A stretch of 64,000 nucleotides of DNA, from contig CM060734.1 in NCBI GenBank assembly GCA_030704615.1, positions 50,282,001 to 50,346,000 of the forward strand. The letters run 5' to 3'. The notes beneath the pieces were generated by a model that had not been told where the DNA came from, ran no database searches, and saw only the letters and a list, made by a program, of their open reading frames with translations. The position numbers and the translations under genes were made by a program. Positions 1-10,647 of this stretch are shown piece by piece. The first letter of the stretch is position 1. Each line of letters begins with the position of its first letter. This DNA is from Takakia lepidozioides (Eukaryota; Plantae; Bryophyta).

Positions 1-3000
1 CAGAAGGACAGCAGCTAGAGAACCTAGGCAAGTAAGGGTGCATCAAGTGCAGCCCCAGCCAAGAAGAAACAGTGATCAGGACCACTATGGTAGGCCTGGT
101 GGTTATAACAATGGCATGGAAGGGAGAGGTAATTCAAGAGGGAATTACCAAGGAAATTCCAGAGGCAACTATCAGGGTAATCCAAGGGGGAATTACCAGC
201 CAGGGAATCAGGATTACAGAAACAATTCCAGAACAGACCAAGGGCGAGGACCTAATGGGGAAGAACTGTGTTACTATTGTAATCAGGCAGGCCATCGCAA
301 GGCAGCCTGTCCATTCTGGATCAAACACCAGAATGAGATGAGAGCTCCTGTGAATGAGGGGCCAGTGGTGGCAGCTCACATGGTTAGGCCATGTGTTGTA
401 CCAGAAGTAAGTACAATGATAGTAACGAGAAGCAAAGCCAAGCTAATACCTCTAGTAGATGAGGAAGATGATGATAATGAAGATGGCAGTGATGTGCCTA
501 AAGATGATGAGGCTTGGAGAGATGAGAAGGAACTGCACAAAGAAGTGGCAGATACCATAAGGGAAATGCAGAAGAGTACTGATATTCCTATGGCAGATTC
601 CTCTAATTCTGAAAGAGAAGAGGAAGTGAGTGAGGATGAAGGGAAGAAAGAAGTTGCAGACATGCAGAGTAATGAAGGGACTTTGGCTGAAGTAATATGC
701 CAGTCTAAAGCGGAGATTACCATTGGACAGCTATTGGCTGTGGCACCTTATTGTAGACACAAGCTGTATCAAGCAATCAATCGAATTGCCCATGTGATAG
801 GGAACACAGACCTGAACAGCAAGGTGACCAGTTATAATGTGAAGCCGGAAGGGCGAGAAACAGTCATGGACTTTGATGATTCTATGCCAGTAATCCAATT
901 GAGAATTGGAAGCACAGAAATAACTGATGTACTGATAGATGGAGGCTCTAGAGTGAATATCATGACAGACCAATTAAGGCAGAAGCTTGGTCTAAGTAAC
1001 ATGAAACCAGCCCCGTTTACAGTAACAATGGCAGATCAAAGAAGTGTACAGCCATTGGGATTGATAAGAGGAGTTAAGATACAGATTCAAAAGATGATCT
1101 TTATATGATCACAGTAACTGTATTGAAAATGGATGAAGTCATGGAAGCTTACTCCTTATTGTTGGGACGTCCGTGGCTGATGATAGTTCCCAAGAAGAAT
1201 GGTAAACTGAGAGTTTGTGTGAACTATAAGAAGTTGAATGCTTGCACGAAGAAAGATCATTTCCCTTTGCCATTCACAGAAGCGGTATTGGACACTGTGG
1301 CAGGCCATGAGATGTACTCATTCATGGATGGCTTCAGTGGTTATAATCAAGTGCAAGTGGCAGAAGAAGACCAGGGAAAGACAGCTTTCATCACAGACTG
1401 GGGTGCTTATGCATACAAAGTCATGCCTTTTGGACTTTGTAATGCACCAGCAACCTTTCAGAGAGTGATAAGTGAATATTTTCATGAGTATCTGGATGAT
1501 TTCATGCAGGTGTTCTTGGATGATTTCAGTGTGTACAACTCTAAGAATGAGCACTTGCATAAATTGGAGTTATGTTTGGCCAGATGCAGGATGAGAGGTC
1601 TGGGCCTGAATCCAATGAAGTGTATTTTCTGTGTGAACTCAGGGGTGCTTTTGAGACACATTGTGTGTAAGAGGGGACTTCTTGTGGATCCCAGGAAGAC
1701 AGAGGCCATTAAAGCCTCTCCACCACCAGAAGAGTCTAAGGAGATTCCTTGGACAAACCAGTTATTACAGAAGATTTGTCAAAAGGTATGCACAGATAGC
1801 AGCACCATTGAGCAAGCTTCTGAAGAAAGATGCAGTGTTTGCATGGACAGCTGAATGTCAATAGGCTTTTGAGGAACTTACATTGTCAGTAACAACTACA
1901 CCTGTGCTGATTAACCCTCACTGGCATGTAGTATTTCATGTTCACTGTGATGCCTCAGGAGAAGCGTTGGGAGCGGTGTTAGCCCAAAATGTTACAGGAA
2001 ATATAGATTCACATGTGTACTATGCTAGCAGGTTGATAAACAGTGCTGAAAGGAACTATAGCACAACTGAAAAAGAAGCACTGGCAATGATTTATGCAGT
2101 CAAGAAATTCAGGCATTACCTATTGGGAAGAAAGTTTATGTTTTATGTGGATCACCAGGCTCTGATATATCTGGTGAACAAACCTTTGATAAGTGGAAGG
2201 ATAGCAAGATGGTTAATAATCTTGCATGAGTTTGAGTTCGAAGTTGTTTACAAGCCTGGCCGTTTGCATCTTGTGGCAGATCATTTGTCACGCCTAACAA
2301 CAGGAGAGCCCGCCACAGGAGTAGACGACCAATTACCTAATGCGAGTTTATTTGCAATGGAGGTGCAAGGAAGTGCAGATGAATGGTTAGATTGGCAGTG
2401 GCCAATCAGATACTACCTTACTCATGATCAGTGCCCACCTAGTTATGGTAATGAGCAGAGGAAGAGAATCGCTATCAAGGCTTTACCTTATAATATGGTA
2501 GGGGGCAGAATGTATAAGCTAGGACCTGATGGAGTACTTAAACGATGCTTGTACCACCATGAAGTAAATAAAGTCTTGGAGGAAGTCCATAAAGGAGTGG
2601 CTGGAGGTCATTTTGAAGAAGAGACTACCTGTAGGAAGATACTACTTGCAGGTTACTGGTGACCTACTTTGTTCAAAGATGTACACAAGTATTGTCAAAG
2701 TTGTGATGAATGTCAGAGGCTAGGACCTTTGCAGAGATCTGGGAAGATGGCTTTGCATCCTATGATGCCTACTGAACCATTTCAGAAATGGGGACTAGAC
2801 TTTGTTGGACCAATTAACCCACCGGCCAAGAATACACAGAACAAGTACATAATTACAGCCACTGATTATACTACGAAGTGGGTGGAAGCTAAAGCTCTGA
2901 GGGACAACACAGCCAAGTCCACAACAAGGTTCTTGTATGAGAACATACTTACACGATTTGGCTGTCCCTTGGAATTTATCAGTGACCAGGGAAGTCACTT

Positions 3001-4403
3001 CATTAATGAGACCATTGAACTATTGACTAAAGAGTTCATGATTGTGCATAGGAAGAGTACAACGTATTACCCACAGGGTAATGGGCAGGCAGAGGCTACC
3101 AACAAAATACTATGTACTATCTTGGCTAAGATAGTCAATGCAAACAGAACGGATTGGGATACAAAGTTGCTGATAGCTTTGTGGTCATACAGGACTTCAT
3201 ATAAAGTCACCACTAAGTATACATCATTCCAATTAGTTTATGGTATGGAAGCTTTACTTCCAGTGGAATTCTTGTTACCTACCATGAGAACTGAATGGGG
3301 AAAGAGAATGGAATTGGAAGATTCAATTAAGGTCAGGAAACATGAATTATACCATGTGGAAGAAGTACGTGCTGATGCAGCTGGTAACATGACCATAATT
3401 CAGATGAAGAGGAAGGAACAGTTTGATGAAGGCAAATTAAAGACTTTTAAAGACGGGAGATTTGGTTCTGTGGTTGCAGAAGAAGGGGAAGATTAAAGCT
3501 TCTAAGCTTAAGTCACCATGGAAAGGACCTTGTGTCATACAGAAGATGTATGATAACAACACAGCCATGTTACAAACCATTAATAAAGAGATGTTGGGAA
3601 GAGTCAATGCCAATAAGTTGAAGGGGTACAGTGGTATCCATGACAAACCATTGCAGCACGATTTGCATGTTGAAACGCAAAAGCAGTCACGGGCTGCGCC
3701 AGTGATACCAACGGAGTATGGAGCACTTGTCGCTAAGCCGAGCATATATGACCAGGGCGGGAACTACAGGTGTTTGCATACCTATCACAGCCCATCACAG
3801 CGTGACACAACCTATCACAACCCATCACAGCGTCACACAGCCCATCACAGCCCATCACAGCGTCACACAGCCTATCACAGCCCATCATAGTGCCACACAG
3901 CCTATCACAGTCCAACACAACCTATACAGATTACACAGTCCATAGGGTCAGTGACAGGTGGACGCGAATTAACGTTAGAAAAGTGGCCATCAAGTGAAGA
4001 AAAAGTTTGGAAGTCAAACTTGGAGAATGTGCCACGCGGAGAGGGGAAGACGGGGGCATGTTTAGAAACGGACACGTGGCGGCTAAGGCGAAGCACACCG
4101 CGCTGCATCGATTGCAAAAGTGAGTTTCATCATGCAAGAGGACAAATCGGGCCGTCAAAGTACCTACCCGGTACAGCAACTAATACTAATTGTGGGCCCA
4201 TTAATGCATTCAGTGCCAGGGTAACGGAACCCTTTTCGAGTTCAGAAAAGGGAAACCTATGCCACATGTGCTGTCCTACTGGACATTCCAGGTGGAAATG
4301 TCCATGGAGGGGGGTGGAATTAAGGAATTATCTAAGCAGTCCACAGCCAATTATGAGTTACATGCAGGTGGTTCCCTCCAAGAAACAAGAACAAGAAATA
4401 TGA
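1..4403 (+). pseudogene. gag-pol polyprotein, decayed (stops, frameshifts, deletion between PR and RT)
   Basis: CYYCNQAGHRKAAC knuckle; protease LIDGGS; RT FMDGFSGYNQ/PFGLCNAP/FLDD; RNaseH CDAS..NYSTTEKE; integrase H-H-CC then WGLDF..SDQG..QAE; GPY/F-like SPWKGP. Confidence 0.93.
3779..3925 (+). repeat. 10-bp tandem repeat (..CACAGCC) with 30-bp higher-order period, encoding HSPSQRHTAY repeats
   Basis: cctatcacag cccatcacag cgtcacacag repeated about 4.5 times. Confidence 0.9.
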
Positions 4404-4807
4404 AGTGTTATGAGCGGAAGAGTCGGAGTGGCTCTGAATAGCCAAGCTCTCACGGAAGGGGCAATCAAAGCACTAGCCTGGTAGCTATGGCAGATGTAAC
4501 CGATTACACACTCGCTTTACTTCTCACGCAGTGGCGCAAGGACGGAAGCATTGAGAGTACATTTTCTCTCACTCGTTACTTGCAAGCCCCACAGGCTTAC
4601 ACGCACTTACCTGTTCCATTCTGTGCCAACCATACCTTCATGTTCTGTGCCCTGCAAGCTTTCCTTCAGCTGTTTCAAACAAAGCCTTTCTGTTTGTCTA
4701 GAATGAAGAGAGTGAGGGGAATGGAGGATATCAGGGTGAAGAGCACCATGATACTGCATAAACAAACAATTGCAGCACCGCAGGCAGTACAGCTGCTAAG
4801 GGAGTTC

Positions 4808-5004
4808 TCTGTGACATGTTGTGTCAAGCTGTGCCGAGCTGTGACTGGCTGTGTAAGGCTGTGTCGGGCTGTGTCGGGCTGTGTAACCCCCCTAAAGCCT
4901 GTTGCTGCCACCCCTAAGGTTCATGTTGGTCTCAGTCTGCGCAAAAATTAAGGGTACCCCACAGAACCCGTAAAAGTGTCTAAGTCCCAAGCAACCCTCT
5001 AACA
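4808..5004 (-). repeat. 5' part of the copy-1 3' LTR, lying inverted
   Basis: Same + strand sequence as ~16905-17180 (..aaaaattaagggtaccccaca..ccctctaaca); reads TGTTAGAGGG on the minus strand. Confidence 0.88.
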
Positions 5005-5022
5005 TTTACCCCTCCCCCTCTC
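5005..5022 (-). promoter_or_regulatory. Polypurine tract (PPT), inverted
   Basis: Minus strand GAGAGGGGGAGGGGTAAA immediately precedes the LTR start TG at 5004. Confidence 0.85.
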
Positions 5023-5183
5023 AAAAAGCCGTGTCCTCACGGTTTATTGTTTGGGATTAGCAAACCTTTGTGAGCGAGCACCCTTCCGATGGTGAGAGTC
5101 TCGTGAAGGACTCCGTGTGCGAGCCCGAATCCTGTCACTGGTTGACGGAGATGATTGAGCACTACCTGTCTGACCCTCCTGGG

Positions 5184-5809
5184 GAACAATTAACTTTGAC
5201 AGGGAACGACTGTGAGGGAACGACATCTGCAGAAGGAACGTGTTACTTCAGGGATGACGGTTAATTAGTTAGGTGGTTAGAACAGCTTGCGGGCAGATAA
5301 TGAGAGCGGCAACGGAAAGAAGGACACACACTTCACGGGGAACGCTTCTTGGTCATGTATGAGAGGAGATCAGGCGGAGAGCAAGAAGGAGAGCACGGAG
5401 AAGGAGGAGAGATGAATAGTAGATGCTTGTTACATGCAAAGCTGTAGTGAAACTGTAGGGCAAATTAGAGTCACCATGGCATTGGCCTGATACCTAATAA
5501 ATCATAATCTGATACTTATTCGATATAAGCACACTGTGTAGAGAGACATGAGTGAAGCTGTGAAATGAATGCATGATTAATTGGAATTAAGTAGATACTG
5601 AAGCAATCTGATGCTTCAGTATCAGATAAGGTGAATTGATAACATGAAGGCAAGAAGGAATACAAATGGGAAACACAACCATGATTCACTAGCTGTAGGT
5701 CATGACTGATTGTACTGAGCGGGCTGAGTGCTTAGAAATATCCAACTCTTCTATCTTGGAGTTTCCACCTCGGATAGCGAAGGGATGGGTGAGTAAAAGC
5801 CGCTCGACA
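5184..5809 (+). repeat. Remainder of the copy-1 3' LTR
   Basis: Colinear with the reverse complement of 16333-~16905; ends in CA. Confidence 0.9.
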
Positions 5810-6306
5810 ATGCATACTTGTCACAGTTCATTATTAATAAAAATGTCTCCTTTGAACCAAAGTTCCACTTTTTGCGCAATGTTGCATTTTGTTGTATGTT
5901 GACTTTTGGCAGCGAGGGTCTGGCACTCAATCTTGTAATCAGACCCACTGGAATGCCACCTCTGTCAGTTCCCTCTGTCCATGGGGAAGGTGCTTGCACG
6001 CTCGCCCCCCCACGCTTCTTGTCAGACGCCGTAATGATTGGTTGGCGCAGCGCATCTGCACAGGTCATATACCTTTTGATTGCATACCGTTGGCAGTTAT
6101 TGCGCAAAGGCCAGGGGCCGTATTCCGCAGACAAGGTTCATTAACTCTCTGACAGTGGATTTTTGGGAGAGTGGGCTCCCCGGATTCGTGAATAGGCTTC
6201 GTCGCTTGCAAAAATCGGCCTTGCATTCCTTCCCCTCGCTGCATCCCCCCTTCTCCTAGGGCGCTTGTCCGAACGCCGTCCTGGCAGTCTTGTGTGCACA
6301 TCTCCC

Positions 6307-9300
6307 ATGGCAGAAAACCTGAGTGCTATAGTGTATTGCCCTCCTCACGAGCATAGAGCTACATTTCCGTGCAGAGGGGAGATGATCTGCCGGGTGATGG
6401 AGAAATATCTCTGCGTTCGATACCACCTGAAACCGGGGTCGGTATTTTTGGAGGAGGAAAGGAAGGATTCAAATGGAGTTGTAGTCGAAAGTATTGTTGT
6501 GCTCCACGATGATTTCGGCGACGGCAGGGAATGGCGAGTTCCACCATCGGACAACGTCATATACAGGGCTGTTGCGGACTTCATTTGCCCGCCAAATGCG
6601 CCTTCTATCCTGGTGCCTTCCACAAAACAATCCGTGAATCAGAGAGTGGGTACCTCAAAGAGAGAAGTCCGCAACGAAGTAAATTCAGAGCCGAACCCAT
6701 CAATGAAGACGAGCGAGAACCGGGTTGTTCACAACCTGTCCGACTCCGACGAGGTCATGGAAGTTCCGAGATCATCCTAGAGATTAGGCAAGTCCTCAAT
6801 GGACATCAGCGGACAAGGGAGTCATATTCCCAGCACGAACACAACAGTTCGATCCATTCTTGAAATTCTGCGAGGGCTTCACATGAAGGGACACCGCTCG
6901 GAGCTGGCTGGGCTGGACTACAACAAGTTCACCATTAAATCCGTTACATGCCTTCACGCAGACGTCGACGGTAATATGTTCTTTGAGTTCCCTCCTCGAA
7001 CGGACTATTCGAGGGCGTCCGGAATGTTGACAGATATGGATAGGAAACATGACGGTCATCCTTGGTGCGTCACCAAAACCACTAGCATGAAGATGCTCGA
7101 TGGTGTGCGGGTACGCTACATTGTTTGTGCGGGCGCGTTGCGGTGTTTCTCCCCAACTTGCTTCCACTTTAAATCCAGAGATCACAGGAACGAGACAGAT
7201 TGGACAGACATAGCTCATCAACCATTTCGAGCTCAGGAGAAGGTTCCAAACTCCACATTTAAGTGTGCGCATTGCAAAAAACCACCACATTGCATTCTGT
7301 TTGTAATGCCAAGCAGTTCTATATGTTGCACCGTTTCCCTGACCTCACACGAGCTTGCATACACATTGGTTCCCATTGTCACAAATTGGCGAGGGGGAAC
7401 TCGCGGGAGGCTGCCCACGAGGCAGAGCAGCTCGTTCAGGAGGAGGTTAAGTTGAGACCTGGTGCCAAACCCAAACAGATACAGCTGCAGGTCGCCCATA
7501 AGATGGCATTGGCCAGAATTATGTCGGAAGACGGCTCCGACAGAGTTCTTCTCGATGAGAAGGAAATGGAGGCATTGCTGGAGTCAGTGTCCCACGTCTG
7601 TTCACCGAATGTCCGAAACCCCATTGTCTCCTGCAAACAGAAAATTGGGCGTGGCTCGGATATGCCCATTCTGGAGGTGAAGCAACGATGTGGATATGAC
7701 TACATTTACGGAAGTAGGTTTCTTGGACAAGGGATTGAGGCAGATCGTTGTTTCGTATTCAAAATGTCCACGTGTGGGCCTGGCAGCGGCGTCGAACTGG
7801 TCGACCGGATGACGAGTGGGGACTTGTCAAACAGTTGGGTCATGTTCGACCATATCAAGCGAATTACAAATCACCAGTGGGTGACAATGGCTGCACATGT
7901 CTACGACACCAACTGCAGGATGCTAATGACAATTGTTATTTGTGAGATGAAAGGAGAGGACACACAATCGGAGATGCTTCTTTGGCAGGGAATAAACGAA
8001 CAGATGGCCAGGGCGGGATTGCCCCCTCCCAATTTCCGTGGTTTCATGGCGGACAACGCACAAGCAAATTGGGCTGCCATCCGAAGGGTGTACGGGGAAG
8101 ACCCCAATGTTCCGATGGAAGACAATGAGAGATCTTGTGGGTTCCATTTTCTGCAGAGCTTGTCGCAGTACACAACCCGGCTCGTGCCGCCAGATTTCAG
8201 AAAGGAGCACCGTTCCATGTGTCTTGCGTGGAAGCGTGCTCCCACCTTGGATGATGCAGAGACACAGTTTGCATGTATACGGGTTTGGTGGACAACGTCA
8301 GGTGCTGTAAACAAATCAGACGAGGGAGCAATGGTCAGTTTAGGGTTTAGGGTTTAGGATTTAGCATGGTGGCATTATCGTTTCCTCCAGTTCGGCGACT
8401 ATATGCGGGAGGTGAGTTGGACGAATTCACATCCCGTTCAATATTATGCTAGTCATTATTTGTAACTTGCTTCTAACCTCAACATGTGCATGTGCAAGAA
8501 ATGTGTCTGGACTCCGACACTGACATGCCGACAACAAACATGGCCGAATCAGTACATTCTTCCTAGCGTGCCTCCTCTGCGGCGCATCTAGTGGACATCC
8601 TCACCGCCACAACGGAGGACATTGTGAGGTCAATTATGCAGCAATGCAGGTACAACGAGTTCTTGAAAGGGAAACAGTGGGGCTTGGGGCCGGATAGGCA
8701 GGAAATGCTGATGCGGACTGCCTCCAGATCGAAGAATCCTCGGAAGTGGGCGGCAGCCTTGCGAGAGGGGCTTTGGGACACGCCATTGCTTCGAAGAGGC
8801 CAACACTTGGAAGGAGATGTTCACACCCGTCCAGTGAGACGAAGACTTGACGAGGCACCTGGCGGAGAAGAGGATTCATGGCAAGCTGACAAGAATATTC
8901 GCACGCTCCCTCGTGGTCCTGTGATGTTGCCCGAGGAGGTCTTGTCGAGCACCGCAAGTCCTGCACGTTCAAGATCGCCATCTCCTTTGAGCACAGTGCA
9001 CGTGCCCGAGGAACATAACGAGCCATTTGTAGTATCGGAGTACAACATACCCATTGTGGAGACAAGAGTGTCGGAGTCACAGTGGAGAATTGCAAGGACA
9101 TTGCCGGCATTTCGAGGGAAGTGTTGCGTCATCCGGGTGGATACGAGTGCACCCTGTGGTGAGATGATTCGGAGGAACCCACACGGTGTTGCACCTTGTT
9201 TCAACGGTAGATTTTTGACTCCCACATTCTCTCACGCCACAACGCAGACGTTTTGGTTATGTAGGCACGACATAATGACCTGTGTATTTGGTAAGCCCAA

Positions 9301-9910
9301 GTATGGGATTCAGGGAATGCCGGAGATTCCGGGCGTCTGGCCTGTTGCACCGGGTTGCAACCTCTCTCAGAATGAGGCGGATGCTCTTTCTACAGCAGGA
9401 TTTCGAATGGTGCAACACACAGACGCCCCGGCCCACTCGTTTCCAGTTCCTCAGACCCAGCCATTGCAGACTGCTCGGTCCAGTAGAGACGGATTGGACA
9501 ATTTTGCACATCCCACAATGCGATTCGGAAGAGTGAAGAGACGACACCCTCCCAACAAGTTGAATGAGACTCGGATTGCCAATGCTCTTGGGATGACTTG
9601 CACTATTCAAAGCTCCGTGGACGTACCCCCACCCGGCCTTGGGGGTGTTTATCGGATGGCAACGGCCGGCTCAGCTGTACGCGACGACGTATACACAATT
9701 ACGATTGGAGTGGAGCCGACTTGCAATTGTACGGACTTCTCGTTGATGGAAGCAAAGAAGGGGTCGAAGTATTATCCGTGCAAGCATCTGTATTACATTT
9801 ACCTGAAGAGGTTGAGGATGAATTTGACTATTGATGACTTTATTCATGCACCAGCGTTGAGCATGAACGAGCTGCACAAACTCCTCCGCCGGGATTCCAG
9901 AAATCATTGA
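6307..9910 (+). pseudogene. MULE DDE transposase with GCM-like DNA-binding domain and C-terminal SWIM zinc finger
   Basis: GCM-like HDGHPW..CAGALRC..C..CAHC..C..HIGSHCH; catalytic region WVMFDH, FMADNAQANW, CGFH, TTNMAESVH; SWIM CNC..PCKH. Lesions: TAG 6778, frameshift ~7290, telomeric insert 8339, TAG 8564. Likely intron ~8412-8497. Confidence 0.8.
8339..8364 (+). repeat. Interstitial plant telomeric tract (TTTAGGG)2 TTTAGGA TTTAG
   Basis: Direct reading of tttagggtttagggtttaggatttag. Confidence 0.85.
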
Positions 9911-10184
9911 TGGGGCAAAGGGAATCCACCATATGGATATTTGCAATTGCATTTTGATGCATTAGACTTTGTTTTGCAGTGTAATGAATTGCACCCCAAA
10001 ACTCCTGGAATGAGACAGACAATATTAAAGTGATGTCTTTTAAACACTATGGACTGCTGGATATCCGTTGACGTCCAGTGGCAAATCAATGTCGAAACAA
10101 AATCAATACAAAGATGGCGGCAGGAAAAATTTGCAAATCTTCCAGAAAACTGAGTTCCAACAGTTGTAGTTGACGATGTCTAGA

Positions 10185-10635
10185 AAAATGGCGCCGAATT
10201 TCCAGTTACATGGCCCAGAACTGCCCAACATTTGTGCAATGCCCGGCACCATGTACCTAAATTCGGCGCCACATTTCCAAAATTTGGGCTTACACTTCAA
10301 TGAAGTTGGGACCTATAACCACGAAATTCGGCACCATTTTTCGCCGAAGACACCTATTACCGCGCAATATGTCGCCGATTTCTCCGCTTGTGGAACCTAT
10401 TACCGCGAAATTCGGCGCCATTTTTGCAGATGTCGCTCGGAATTTGCATGAGCGGAAGACGAAATATCATGAGCACTGCTATCAAAACTACAATTTCTAC
10501 TTTAAACAATGAATATTATATTGGCTTTTTCTGACACATTCCATTAAAATAATGTTTTTTATTTCCAGAATTTGTACTTCTGCTCATGAAAACCGATTGT
10601 CTTACTACTCCGCTCATGCCGCTCATACTCATGAA
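10185..10635. repeat. Subterminal short repeats of the MULE (AAATTCGGCGCCA and CATGAGCGG motifs, both orientations)
   Basis: tggcgccgaattt ~10189; aaattcggcgcca ~10259 and ~10408; aaattcggcacca ~10324; catgagcgg ~10447; ccgctcatg ~10610-10625. Confidence 0.7.
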
Positions 10636-10647
10636 ATAGCTAACCTC

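Larger units (their letters stand above)
4487..5187 (+). pseudogene. Extra 3' ORF of the gypsy element (~155 aa when reconstructed), split by an inversion
   Basis: ATG at 4487 runs to ...QLLREF at 4807. Re-inverting 4808-5183 continues the frame as PRRVRQVVLNHLRQPVTGFGLAHGVLHETLTIGRVLAHKGLLIPNNKP*, ending just before the PPT. Confidence 0.65.
1..5809 (+). mobile_element. Ty3/gypsy LTR retrotransposon copy 1 (5' part outside the window; ends at 3' LTR ...GCTCGACA)
   Basis: Domain order Gag knuckle-PR-RT-RNaseH-INT. The terminal 5184-5809 aligns to the reverse complement of the copy-2 LTR and ends in CA at 5809. Confidence 0.95.
5810..10647 (+). mobile_element. Mutator-like (MULE) DNA transposon; right end present, left end not in the window
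   Basis: Contains a transposase pseudogene and subterminal repeats. Sharp junction with the gypsy-2 integrase at 10647/10648. Confidence 0.75.

Noticed and set aside
3462-4403. Chromodomain at the integrase C-terminus
   Set aside because: No chromodomain aromatic pattern (Y.V.W.G....TWE) is visible.
8339-8364. Chromosome end or fusion point
   Set aside because: Only ~3.5 units in one orientation, and the transposase frame continues on both sides.
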